A stretch of 35,068 nucleotides of DNA from Thermoplasmata archaeon (GTDB lineage Archaea; Thermoplasmatota; Thermoplasmata; Lutacidiplasmatales; UBA184), in the NCBI GenBank assembly GCA_030040035.1, contig JASHUJ010000186.1, forward strand, positions 1-35,068, in the 5' to 3' direction. Position numbers and translations under genes: made by a program. Below, piece by piece: positions 1 to 8,389 of this stretch. Every line of letters starts with the position of its first letter. Position 1 is the stretch's first letter. The notes under the pieces are model-generated. The model was not told the origin of the DNA, did no database searches, and worked only from the letters and a program-made list of their open reading frames with translations.

Positions 1-12
1 GCCTCCCTCCAG

Positions 13-462
13 ATGGCGCGGCCCCCGGTGCCCGCGCGGGGGCCGTCCGCGCCGGTCCGGGGCGTGCGCCCGCTCGACCGCCGGGACCACGCGGCGCTCG
101 CGGCGTGGGCGCGACGACAGGTCGATCCGCTCGTGGCCGCCTACCCGTACCTCGATCCCGAGGCCGACCGGATCTGGGGCGCGTTCGAGGGGTCCGCGCT
201 GGTCGGGGCCGTCCACGCGGAGGTCCGGCTGCCCCGGGTCTGGGTCCTGGGCGGAGTCTACGTCGACCCGGACGCGCGTCGCCGCGGCTGGGGCCGCGCG
301 CTGGTCCAGGCCGCGGTCGACGCGGCGGAGGGGACGGGGGCCCGGGTGGCGCTCTACGTCCGCGAGGACCGGGCCGAGGCCCGCCGGCTGTACGAGGGCC
401 TCGGGTTCCTTCCCTCGGACCGACGGATCTGGATCGATCTCGGCGCCGGTCTCGCGCCCTGA
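13..462 (+). CDS. GNAT family N-acetyltransferase
   Basis: Acetyl-CoA-binding motif VYVDPDARRRGWGRALV and C-terminal ARRLYEGLGF are typical of GNATs. The start lies close to the window edge. Confidence 0.85.
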   Translation: MARPPVPARGPSAPVRGVRPLDRRDHAALAAWARRQVDPLVAAYPYLDPEADRIWGAFEGSALVGAVHAEVRLPRVWVLGGVYVDPDARRRGWGRALVQAAVDAAEGTGARVALYVREDRAEARRLYEGLGFLPSDRRIWIDLGAGLAP

Positions 463-504
463 GCGCGGCCGGTTCATAAGCCGGGGGCGGTTCGCGTCGT
501 GGCG

Positions 505-2166
505 ATGCCCTCGAACGCCGAGGCGGCGGAGATCTTCCGGAACATCGCCGATCTCCTCGATGTCCTCGGGGAGAAGTTCAAGCCGGACGCCTACCGACGC
601 GCGTCGCGCTCGATCGAGACCCTGACCGAGGACCTCGGGCCGATCGCCGCGCGCGACGAGCTCGGGACGATCCCGGGCGTCGGTGACGCGATCGCGGAGA
701 AGATCCGCGAGTACCTGCGGACCGGACGCATCGCCTACTACGACCGCCTCCAGAAGGAGGTCCCGCCCGGGCTGGTGGAGATCCTGAGGCTGCCCGGGCT
801 CGGGCCGAAAACGGCGCGCCGGTTCTGGGTCGAGCTCGGGATCGAGGGCCCGGCGGAGCTGGCCGACGCGGTCGCCGCGGGCCGGCTCGATCGCGTCAAA
901 GGCTTCGGACCCCGCAAGATCGCGCTGATCCGGGACGCGCTCCGGGCCGCCGCCGCGGCTCCGCCGGGGGGCGCCCGGATGCCGATCGAAACCGCGTACC
1001 CCGTCGCAGAGCGCATCGCCGGTGCGCTGCGCGCCCGCTCCCGGTCGGACCGCGTCGAGATTGCCGGCAGCTTCCGGCGGCGTCGTGAGACCGTGGGGGA
1101 CCTCGATGTCCTGGTCACCTCGGACGAGCCGGAGGCCGTGTTCGACACGTTCTCGCGCCTCCCCGAGGTGAAGGAGGTCCGGCTGCGCGGGAGTACGAAG
1201 GAGACCTGCATCCTTGCGAACGGGCTCCAGGTCGACCTGCGGGTCGTCGAGCCGGCCGCCTTCGGCGCCGCGCTCGTCTACTTCACCGGCTCGAAGGACC
1301 ACAACGTGCACCTCCGCACGATCGCGCGCGACCGGGGCCTGAAGGTGAACGAGTACGGCGTCTTCCGCGGCGAGGAGCGGATCGCCGGCTCGACCGAGGC
1401 GGACGTGTACGCCGCGCTCGAGCTCGCCTACATCGCCCCCGAGCTCCGAGAGAATCGCGGGGAGATCGAGGCCGCCGCTCGCGGGCCGCTCCCCGCGCTC
1501 GTCGACGCCGCGGAGATCGTCGGAGACCTGCACGTCCACCTGCCGCCGTCGGCCGGACCGTCCGACGTCGACCGGATCGTCGGGGAGGCCCGACGGCGGC
1601 GCCTCACCTACGTCGGGGTGGTCATCGGCGGCCCCGGGGCCGACGGCACGCCCTGGTCCCTTCCGCCCGCCACGGTCGCCCGGCTGATCGCGGCCGACGA
1701 CCCCGCGCTCCGCGTGCGTCGAGCGATCGAGATCGGTCCCTCGGCCACGCCGCGCCGGCTTCCCGCGGACGGCGCCGAGTTCGCGATCGGACGGCCGACG
1801 GCCGGATCGGACCCGGCGGATCTCGCGGCCCCTGACGGGGTGCCCGTGCGGCTGATCGCGCACGTCGCGGGCGCTGCCGACGAGCGCGCTCCGCGAGGCT
1901 GGATCGAGCGGGCCCATGCGCTCGGGGCGGCGGTCGAGGTCGGTCCCGGGGCCGAGCGACTGGATTCGACCTGGGCCCGCCACGCCCGGGAGTCCGGTAC
2001 GCGACTCAGCGTCGCCACCGGCCTGGGCGGTCCCCCGGACGACCCGACGTTCCCGATCGCCCTCGGATTCGCGCGACGGGCGGGGGCCCTCCGTCCGGAC
2101 GTGGACAATGCCGGTGGGGGATCGACCCCGGTCGTGCGGCGGCCTAGCGGCCGCCGACGGAGCTAG
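505..2166 (+). CDS. polX: Family X DNA polymerase with degenerate C-terminal PHP domain
   Basis: N-terminal SNAEAAEIF..AYRRA, HhH motifs (IPGVG, LPGLGPK), GSFRR..TVGDLD, QVDLRVV, YFTGSKDHN and PELRENRGEIE. ATG at 505 lies 24 nt after TTCATAAG (473-480); the ORF track uses GTG at 499. Confidence 0.93.
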   Translation: MPSNAEAAEIFRNIADLLDVLGEKFKPDAYRRASRSIETLTEDLGPIAARDELGTIPGVGDAIAEKIREYLRTGRIAYYDRLQKEVPPGLVEILRLPGLGPKTARRFWVELGIEGPAELADAVAAGRLDRVKGFGPRKIALIRDALRAAAAAPPGGARMPIETAYPVAERIAGALRARSRSDRVEIAGSFRRRRETVGDLDVLVTSDEPEAVFDTFSRLPEVKEVRLRGSTKETCILANGLQVDLRVVEPAAFGAALVYFTGSKDHNVHLRTIARDRGLKVNEYGVFRGEERIAGSTEADVYAALELAYIAPELRENRGEIEAAARGPLPALVDAAEIVGDLHVHLPPSAGPSDVDRIVGEARRRRLTYVGVVIGGPGADGTPWSLPPATVARLIAADDPALRVRRAIEIGPSATPRRLPADGAEFAIGRPTAGSDPADLAAPDGVPVRLIAHVAGAADERAPRGWIERAHALGAAVEVGPGAERLDSTWARHARESGTRLSVATGLGGPPDDPTFPIALGFARRAGALRPDVDNAGGGSTPVVRRPSGRRRS

Positions 2167-2494
2167 CCGGGGCGGGGGCGCGACCGCCCGAGATCGCGGT
2201 CGCGTCGATCGATCCGCGGGCGAGGCAGCTCGTGCACCGGTGGGCGGACGGGGTCAGCCCGTGGCGCCAGTAGCAATCCACGCAGAGGGCGCGCCCGCAC
2301 CCCCAGCAGAGGGGTGGGGCAGTGGTCTTCCCGATCGTGCCCGAGCAGTTGGCGCAGACCGCCGGGGCGCCCGGGGCCCGGGCCCGGTAGGCGGGCGGTT
2401 CGGGCAAGCGGGGCCGGGGCGCTCGGGGAGCCGCGGGCGGGACCGCCCGCGGAAGGCTCCCGGCCTCCGGCCGCCGGGGGGTCGTCTCGGACAC
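2144..2494 (-). CDS. Small 8-Cys zinc-finger protein (FYVE-like cysteine spacing)
   Basis: CANC-x12-CWGC-x4-CVDC-x12-CTSC. The likely start is GTG at 2494, about 22-25 nt downstream of a minus-strand CTAAATAG box (~2516-2524). The ORF track extends to 2596. Confidence 0.7.
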   Translation of the reverse strand: MSETTPRRPEAGSLPRAVPPAAPRAPRPRLPEPPAYRARAPGAPAVCANCSGTIGKTTAPPLCWGCGRALCVDCYWRHGLTPSAHRCTSCLARGSIDATAISGGRAPAPASSVGGR

Positions 2495-2594
2495 CGAGCG
2501 TTCGATGCGGGACCTACTATTTAGGGTTCGGTTCCGCGCGGATTTCTGCCGCTGGAGCCGGAAGTAGATGTAGCGGTCGGCGGAACCGGCGCGC

Positions 2595-2960
2595 ATGTCG
2601 GACGGGTCCGCCTATCCCCGCGTGTACCGCCGCTCGGCCGCCGGCCGCCCGGACCGGGCGGCCGAGGTGGAGGCGAAGCGCTCGAACGCCGCGATCCCGG
2701 CCGTGGTCGTGCTGGCGGCCGTCGGGCTCTATTTCGGGCAGTACACGGTCTTCGCGCCCGGCCTCCTCGGGCTCGTGCTGGCCGGGGTCGGGCTCTCGTT
2801 CCTTTCGACCCGGCTGAACCCGCTCAGCGCCCACTTCTACCTTCCCAAGAAGCCGAGCTGGCTCGCGGTCGGCGTCGTCTTCCTCGGCGCGCTCGGGCTG
2901 CTCGCGGACGCCTACGTGCTCCTCGCGCGTGACCTGCGCGGGCTCGGCCTCCCCGTCTAG
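2595..2960 (+). CDS. Hypothetical membrane protein (about 3 TM segments)
   Basis: Three hydrophobic stretches with GC3-rich codons; fills the gap between neighbouring genes. Confidence 0.7.
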   Translation: MSDGSAYPRVYRRSAAGRPDRAAEVEAKRSNAAIPAVVVLAAVGLYFGQYTVFAPGLLGLVLAGVGLSFLSTRLNPLSAHFYLPKKPSWLAVGVVFLGALGLLADAYVLLARDLRGLGLPV

Positions 2961-2976
2961 CGCTGCCCCCCGCGGT

Positions 2977-3882
2977 CTACGCGGCGACCATCCGCTCGAG
3001 CGAGCGGCGCGCCCGGGCCGCCGTCTCGGGCGGCACGTCGATGACGTAGCGGCCGAACTGGAGCGAGTCCCGGACGTCCGCGAGGCTGATCTCCTTCATG
3101 TACGGGCAGATCGCCCCCGCATCGATCGGGTGGAACTGGGTCGTCGGGTTGAGCTTGCGCATCCGGTGCAGAATCCCGACCTCGGTCGCCACCAGGACCT
3201 CGGGCGCCCGGGTCTCCTCGGCGAAGCGGACCATCCCGTCGGTCGAGAGGACCCGGTCGACGTACGGGAGCGCGTGGGTCGCGCAGCCGCACTCGGGGTG
3301 CGCGATCACGGGGGCGCCCGGGTGCTCGGCGCGCGCGCGGTCGAGCCCCTCGGGCCGGAGCTTCGCATGGACCGGGCAGTCGCCGACCCACAGGTGCATC
3401 TTGCGGCCGGTCCGCCGGCGGACATAGTCGCCCAGGAACATGTCGGGCAGGAACAGGATCTCGCGGTCGGCCGGAACGTTCTCGACAACCTTCAGCGCGT
3501 TCGAGCTCGTGCAGCAGTAGTCCGCCTCGGCCTTCACGTCGGCCGAGGTGTTGATGTACGCGACCACGACCGCGTCGGGATGCTCCGCCTTCCACGTGCG
3601 GAGCTCCTCCGCGGTGATCGAGTCGGCGAGCGCGCAGCCGGCGGCGAGGTCGGGGAGCAGGACCGTCCGGCCCGGGTTCAGGATCTTCGCCGTCTCGGCC
3701 ATGAACCGGACCCCGGCGAAGACGATCACCGGTCGGTCCGACTCCATCGCCTTGCGGGAGAGGAAGAGGGAGTCGCCGACGTAGTCCGCGACGTCCTGGA
3801 CCTCGGCGCGCTGGTAGTTGTGGGCCAGGAGGACGGCCCGCCGCTCCTCCTTCAGGCGCCGGACCTCCGCTTCCAGCGACAT
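2977..3882 (-). CDS. nadA: Quinolinate synthase A
   Basis: [46 protein letters not shown] and CPYMK motifs, including the three Fe-S cysteines. Confidence 0.97.
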   Translation of the reverse strand: MSLEAEVRRLKEERRAVLLAHNYQRAEVQDVADYVGDSLFLSRKAMESDRPVIVFAGVRFMAETAKILNPGRTVLLPDLAAGCALADSITAEELRTWKAEHPDAVVVAYINTSADVKAEADYCCTSSNALKVVENVPADREILFLPDMFLGDYVRRRTGRKMHLWVGDCPVHAKLRPEGLDRARAEHPGAPVIAHPECGCATHALPYVDRVLSTDGMVRFAEETRAPEVLVATEVGILHRMRKLNPTTQFHPIDAGAICPYMKEISLADVRDSLQFGRYVIDVPPETAARARRSLERMVAA

Positions 3883-3903
3883 CGCCGCGGTCCCCCGACG
3901 TTG

Positions 3904-4788
3904 CTAGCCGGCGGGGCGTTTTAAGTGAGCCGGAGCGCGGATCGTGAGGTGGAACGGGAGGGCGGGCGCGGAGTGCGTGAGCGCGCCCAAGCTGACGACC
4001 TCCGCTCCGACCGACCGGTAGCGCGCGACGCGCCCGGGGGTGATCCCGCCCGAGAGCTCGATCCGGCGGCCCCGCCGGAGACCGGCAGCGTTCAGGGCCC
4101 GGACGATCCGACGGGCCCCCGCGGGCCCCGCGTTGTCGACGAGCAGCACGTCCGCGCCCGCGCGCGCCGCCGCGAGCGCGGCCCGGACCGTCCGCACTTC
4201 CACCTCGACCGGCTCGCTCGGGCGCGCGGCCGCCCGGGCGCGCCGGACCGCCTCGGCGAGGGGCACGAGCGCGAGGTGGTTGTTCTTGATCAGGATCGCG
4301 TCGGACAGATCGCGCCGGTGCGGTCGCCCCCCACCGTGGACCACCGCCGCCTTCTCGAGGTCCCGCAGGCCCGGGAGGGTTTTGCGCGTCGCCCAGACCT
4401 CGGGCCCCCCGGACCGGGAGTGCGCGGCCCGGACCGCGCGCGCGGTCTCGGTCGCGACCCCGCTCGCGTGCATCAGGAAGTTGAGGAGCGTCCGCTCGAC
4501 GGCGAGGAGGGTGCGCGCGTCGCCCGCGAGCCGGGCGACGACCGTACCGGCGTGGACCCGGCGGCCGTCGCGACCGGCCGCCACGACCCGCAGGCCGGTG
4601 GCCCGGGCGATCGCCCGGAGCTCCACCATCCCGGACAGCACGCCCGGCGCCTGGGCCGTCACGGTCGCCTCGGCCGCGATCGGGCGCGGGAGGAGCGCGC
4701 GCGTCGTTCGGTCCCGCTCGGTCCGGTCCTCGCGCAGCGCCCGTCGGACGAGCGCCGGGACCTCCCTAGTCGGCCGGGGCGTCGTCAT
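3904..4788 (-). CDS. nadC: Nicotinate-nucleotide pyrophosphorylase (carboxylating) / QAPRTase
   Basis: ERTLLN, SGVAT, TRKTLPGLR, HRRDLSDAILIKNNH, EVEV, LVDN, SGGI and GALTHS motifs; adjacent to nadA. Confidence 0.95.
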   Translation of the reverse strand: MTTPRPTREVPALVRRALREDRTERDRTTRALLPRPIAAEATVTAQAPGVLSGMVELRAIARATGLRVVAAGRDGRRVHAGTVVARLAGDARTLLAVERTLLNFLMHASGVATETARAVRAAHSRSGGPEVWATRKTLPGLRDLEKAAVVHGGGRPHRRDLSDAILIKNNHLALVPLAEAVRRARAAARPSEPVEVEVRTVRAALAAARAGADVLLVDNAGPAGARRIVRALNAAGLRRGRRIELSGGITPGRVARYRSVGAEVVSLGALTHSAPALPFHLTIRAPAHLKRPAG

Positions 4789-7171
4789 CGCCCTCGCTCT
4801 CGCCCTCGTCCCCCGCCACCCGGAGCGCTGCGACCAGCCGATCGAGATCGGGCACGACGTCCGGCCGCAGGGAGCGCAGGTTCTGCCGCTCGAGCTCCGT
4901 GACCCGGCGCCGCGCGCTCGCGTGGTCGCCGCGGGCGAACGACAGCTGGGCGAGCCGTAGCAGCACGTCGACCTCGTCCGCCGGGGCCTTCAGCTCGCGG
5001 ACGAGCCGGTACGCTTCCAGCAGGTCCGCCTCGGCCCGGTCGTACTCGCCCCGGTCGAGGCCGATCTTGCCCTGGATGATCAGCGCCTGGACGACCCCGA
5101 ACCGGTCCCCGAGCCGCTCCAGGATCTCGCGCGACCGGTGGACCTTGCGGACCGCCTCCTCGACCTTCCCCGCCTCGCGGAGCACGTCGGCCGAGTTGAA
5201 GAGCGCCCAGGCCACCCGGCGCTGGTCGTGCGCCTTCTCGGCCAGCCGGATCGCCTCGTTGAACTGCGCCTCGGCCGCCTCGAACCGTTCGGGCGTCGGG
5301 GGCCGGCTCGCGAACATCACGCCGAGGAACAGGTGCGCGTGCGCCGCCTCGCGCGCGTCCCCGAGCTCCTCGAGGAGCCGGGCCGCCTCGCGCGTCTCGT
5401 CCATCGCGCGATCGGTCTCCCCGGTCATCGCGAGCACGTTGGCCCGGCGGGCCCGGCTGAGCGCGGTCGCGCGCTCGTTGCCGCTCGTCCGCGCGATCCG
5501 GAACTCCTCGTCATGCTCGGCGAGCGATTCCGGGTAGCGCCCCTGGTAGTACAGCGCCTCGCCCCGGAGCCGGTGCAGCGCGAGCGTGACGAGCGGGTGG
5601 GCCGAGAGGTCGACGCTCCGGAGCACCTTCTCGGTCGTCTCGTCGGCGGCACGCCACTCGCCCTGGTCGGACTGGACCTGGGCGAGGTACAGCTCGGCCA
5701 TCGCGCGGACGGGCGGGCTGATCCGCTCGGAGCCGCGGCGGCCGAGGTGCTCGCGGACCACGCGCTCCGCCTCGTGGAACTCGCCGAGATGGTCGATCTC
5801 CTGTGCGAGCTCGAGGACGAGGCCGGCCTCGCCGTCGGCGTCGTCGGGCCGCAGGCGACGGAATCCCTCGAGCGCGCGCTCGAGGTGCTGGCGCGCGGTC
5901 TCGTGGGCGTACACCCGCTCCGCGATCTCGGCCGCGGTACGGTTGTACTGGACGCTCTTCTCGTCGACCTTCCCGAGGTCGAAGTGCCGCGCGAGGGCGT
6001 AGATCGTCTCGATGTCGGCGCTCCCCGACGCCTCGAGCGCCTCGCCCGCCCGCCGGTGGAGGAGGCGGCGCCGGCTCTCGGTGAGCTGGCCGTAGACCTC
6101 GGCCCGCGCGGCGTCGTCAGGGAACGCGAGGAGCTCGCCGGCCCGCTCGACGAGCAGACCCCGCCCGACGAGCCGGTCGACGGACTCCGCGAGCCGCTCC
6201 TCGTCCTCCCCGCTCGCGCGCAGCAGGACCGAGAACGGGAACTCGGGCCCCAGGACGGAGGCGACCGCGACCGTGCGCTGATCGTCGTCGCCGAGCGGCT
6301 CGGGTCCCGCGGGGGCGGGGCCGCCCGACGGCGGCGTCGGCCAGCGGCGGTCGAACTGCTCGAGCAGGAGCGGGTTGCCGCCCGTCTCCGAGTAGCGGCG
6401 CGCGACCTCCTCCGTGGAGAACTCCCGGTCCGGCTCGCGCCAGTGGAGGTACTCGGCGACCTCCGCGCTCGTGAACGGCCGCAGGTAGGTCCGGCGCGCC
6501 CGCACCGTGCCCTCGAACTCCTCGAGGCGCGCGCGCCGGGACTCCGGCAACGCCTCGAACGGCCGGGACGTCGCGAGGATCCAGAACGGGCGGTCGGCGA
6601 GACGGCCGGCGAGGTACTCGATCGCCTCGAGCGAGAGATCGTCGCTCCGGTGCAGGTCCTCGAGGACGAGGACCGTCGGGCCGGTGCGCGAGACCTCGCG
6701 GAACTGCTCGATGAGGCCGGTCCAGAGCGGCTCGCGCGCGAGCTCGCCCCGCTCGTCGGCCTCCTCGATCTCGGAGAGGAGGCGCTCCTCGATCCGCACC
6801 GGCGTCGGGAGCTCGGAGAGCCGCAGGCGCGGGGCGAAGCCGATGAGGACGCTCGCCGGACCCGAGGGCCCCCCGAGCGGTTCGTCCGCCGACGTCGCGA
6901 GATCGCGGGCGCTCTCGATCGCCGAGCGGATCAGGGAGAGCGGCGGCGGGGCATCGAGCGCCGGTGCGCGCCCGACCAGGACCTGGGCGCCGCGCACGCG
7001 GAAGTCGCGGACGAGCTCGCCGACGAGCGTCGACTTACCCGTACCGGTCGCGCCGACGAGGATCGTGACCCCGCCGCTCCCGGCCCGCGCGTCGTCGAAG
7101 CGTCGGTACAGCGCTTCGACCGCCTCCATCCGGCCGAGGAACGTTCGGCTGTCCCCGACCCCGGTTGCCAT
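4766..7171 (-). CDS. STAND-class P-loop ATPase (AAA_16-like) with C-terminal TPR-like repeats
   Basis: Walker A GATGTGKS, Walker B VLVLEDLH, STAND GxP motif TGGNPL and ASVLG..F winged-helix segment, followed by about 400 aa of helical repeats. Confidence 0.85.
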   Translation of the reverse strand: MATGVGDSRTFLGRMEAVEALYRRFDDARAGSGGVTILVGATGTGKSTLVGELVRDFRVRGAQVLVGRAPALDAPPPLSLIRSAIESARDLATSADEPLGGPSGPASVLIGFAPRLRLSELPTPVRIEERLLSEIEEADERGELAREPLWTGLIEQFREVSRTGPTVLVLEDLHRSDDLSLEAIEYLAGRLADRPFWILATSRPFEALPESRRARLEEFEGTVRARRTYLRPFTSAEVAEYLHWREPDREFSTEEVARRYSETGGNPLLLEQFDRRWPTPPSGGPAPAGPEPLGDDDQRTVAVASVLGPEFPFSVLLRASGEDEERLAESVDRLVGRGLLVERAGELLAFPDDAARAEVYGQLTESRRRLLHRRAGEALEASGSADIETIYALARHFDLGKVDEKSVQYNRTAAEIAERVYAHETARQHLERALEGFRRLRPDDADGEAGLVLELAQEIDHLGEFHEAERVVREHLGRRGSERISPPVRAMAELYLAQVQSDQGEWRAADETTEKVLRSVDLSAHPLVTLALHRLRGEALYYQGRYPESLAEHDEEFRIARTSGNERATALSRARRANVLAMTGETDRAMDETREAARLLEELGDAREAAHAHLFLGVMFASRPPTPERFEAAEAQFNEAIRLAEKAHDQRRVAWALFNSADVLREAGKVEEAVRKVHRSREILERLGDRFGVVQALIIQGKIGLDRGEYDRAEADLLEAYRLVRELKAPADEVDVLLRLAQLSFARGDHASARRRVTELERQNLRSLRPDVVPDLDRLVAALRVAGDEGESEGDDDAPAD

Positions 7172-7210
7172 CGCCTCGGCGGGTGAGAAGGGAGCCCGCG
7201 CGTAATAACG

Positions 7211-8389
7211 CTACCCTCGCTTCGCCGGCACGAACGGCAGCGGGACGACCCGGGCCGGGACCTCCCGACCGCGGATCTCGAGGGCGACCGACGTCCCGGG
7301 GACGGCGAGCGGGGGCGGGAGGTAGGCGAGCGCGATGCCGCGCCCGAGCGTCGGCGAGATCCCCCCGCTCGTCGCCGCGGTGATCTCGGTGCCGTTCGCG
7401 CGGACGGGGGTCCCGTGGCGGGGGATCGCGCCCGGCGCGTCGGTCTCGATCCCCGCGAGCCGGACCGCGGGTCCGTCCGTTCGCTGCTTCTCGAGCGCGG
7501 GGCGCCCCACGAACTCGTGCGCGAAATCGACGAACCGGTCCTGGCCGGCTTCGATCGGCGTGTGATCGCGGTGGAACTCCTGGCCCGAGAGGAGGTACCC
7601 CTTCTCGAGCCGCAGCGAGTCGCGGGCCCCGAGCCCGATCGGGGTCGCCCCGGCCGCGACGAGCCGCTCGGCGAGGACGTCCGCGGACTCCGCCGGGACG
7701 AAGAGCTCGTAGCCGAGCTCGCCCGTGTAACCCGTCCGGCTCACCAGCGTCGTCTCGGCGAGCGCGGCCGGGAACGGCCGCCCGAGCGTGCCCCCGGCCT
7801 CGCCCGGGCCGGGCGCCGCGGGGAAGAACGCGGCGTGGTAGAAGGCGAGCGGACCGAGCTGCCAGCCGAAGACGCCCTCCAGGAGCGCACGGGAACGCGG
7901 CCCCTGCAGCGCGAGGAGCGCGACCTTCCCGTTCCACCGGGCGATCTCGGTGTCGGGCCCGCGGTGCTGACGGAGGATCTCCTCGACCTCGTCGGCGCGG
8001 CCCGCGTTCGGCACCGCGAGGTGCGTGCGCGCGAGCTCGTCCCCCCGGTCGAGCCGGCTCACGAGGAGGTCGTCGACGATGCCGCCGCTCGACTCGAGCA
8101 GGAACGTGTAGCGCACCTGGCCCGGGGCGAGGAGCGGGACGTTCGCCGTCGTCCGGCGCGCGAGGAGATCGGCCGCGTGGGCCCCGGCGAGGCTCAGGAT
8201 CCCCATGTGCGAGACGTCGAAGAGGCCGACGCCGGTCCGCACCGCGCGGTGCTCGGCGAGGATGCTCGAGTAGTAGAGGGGCATCTCCCAGCCGGCGAAC
8301 GGGACGAAGTGCGCGCCGTGACGCCGGTGGAACTCGTAGAGCGGGGTGCGGCGCAGCTCGGCCGTCCCCGGCGCCGGGTCCGCGCTCAC
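7211..8389 (-). CDS. gcvT: Glycine cleavage system aminomethyltransferase T
   Basis: RTPLY..H, FAGWEMPLYY, EHRAVR, LFDVSHMG, SRTGYTGELGYE and GLGARDSLRLEKG. The real start is GTG at 8389, overlapping the purP TGA. The upstream part of the 905-aa track ORF is a shadow frame. Confidence 0.95.
   Translation of the reverse strand: MSADPAPGTAELRRTPLYEFHRRHGAHFVPFAGWEMPLYYSSILAEHRAVRTGVGLFDVSHMGILSLAGAHAADLLARRTTANVPLLAPGQVRYTFLLESSGGIVDDLLVSRLDRGDELARTHLAVPNAGRADEVEEILRQHRGPDTEIARWNGKVALLALQGPRSRALLEGVFGWQLGPLAFYHAAFFPAAPGPGEAGGTLGRPFPAALAETTLVSRTGYTGELGYELFVPAESADVLAERLVAAGATPIGLGARDSLRLEKGYLLSGQEFHRDHTPIEAGQDRFVDFAHEFVGRPALEKQRTDGPAVRLAGIETDAPGAIPRHGTPVRANGTEITAATSGGISPTLGRGIALAYLPPPLAVPGTSVALEIRGREVPARVVPLPFVPAKRG

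Noticed and set aside
4766-7171. BREX or Avs anti-phage system
   Set aside because: No effector domain and no neighbouring defence genes (pglX, pglZ, nucleases); the context is housekeeping.
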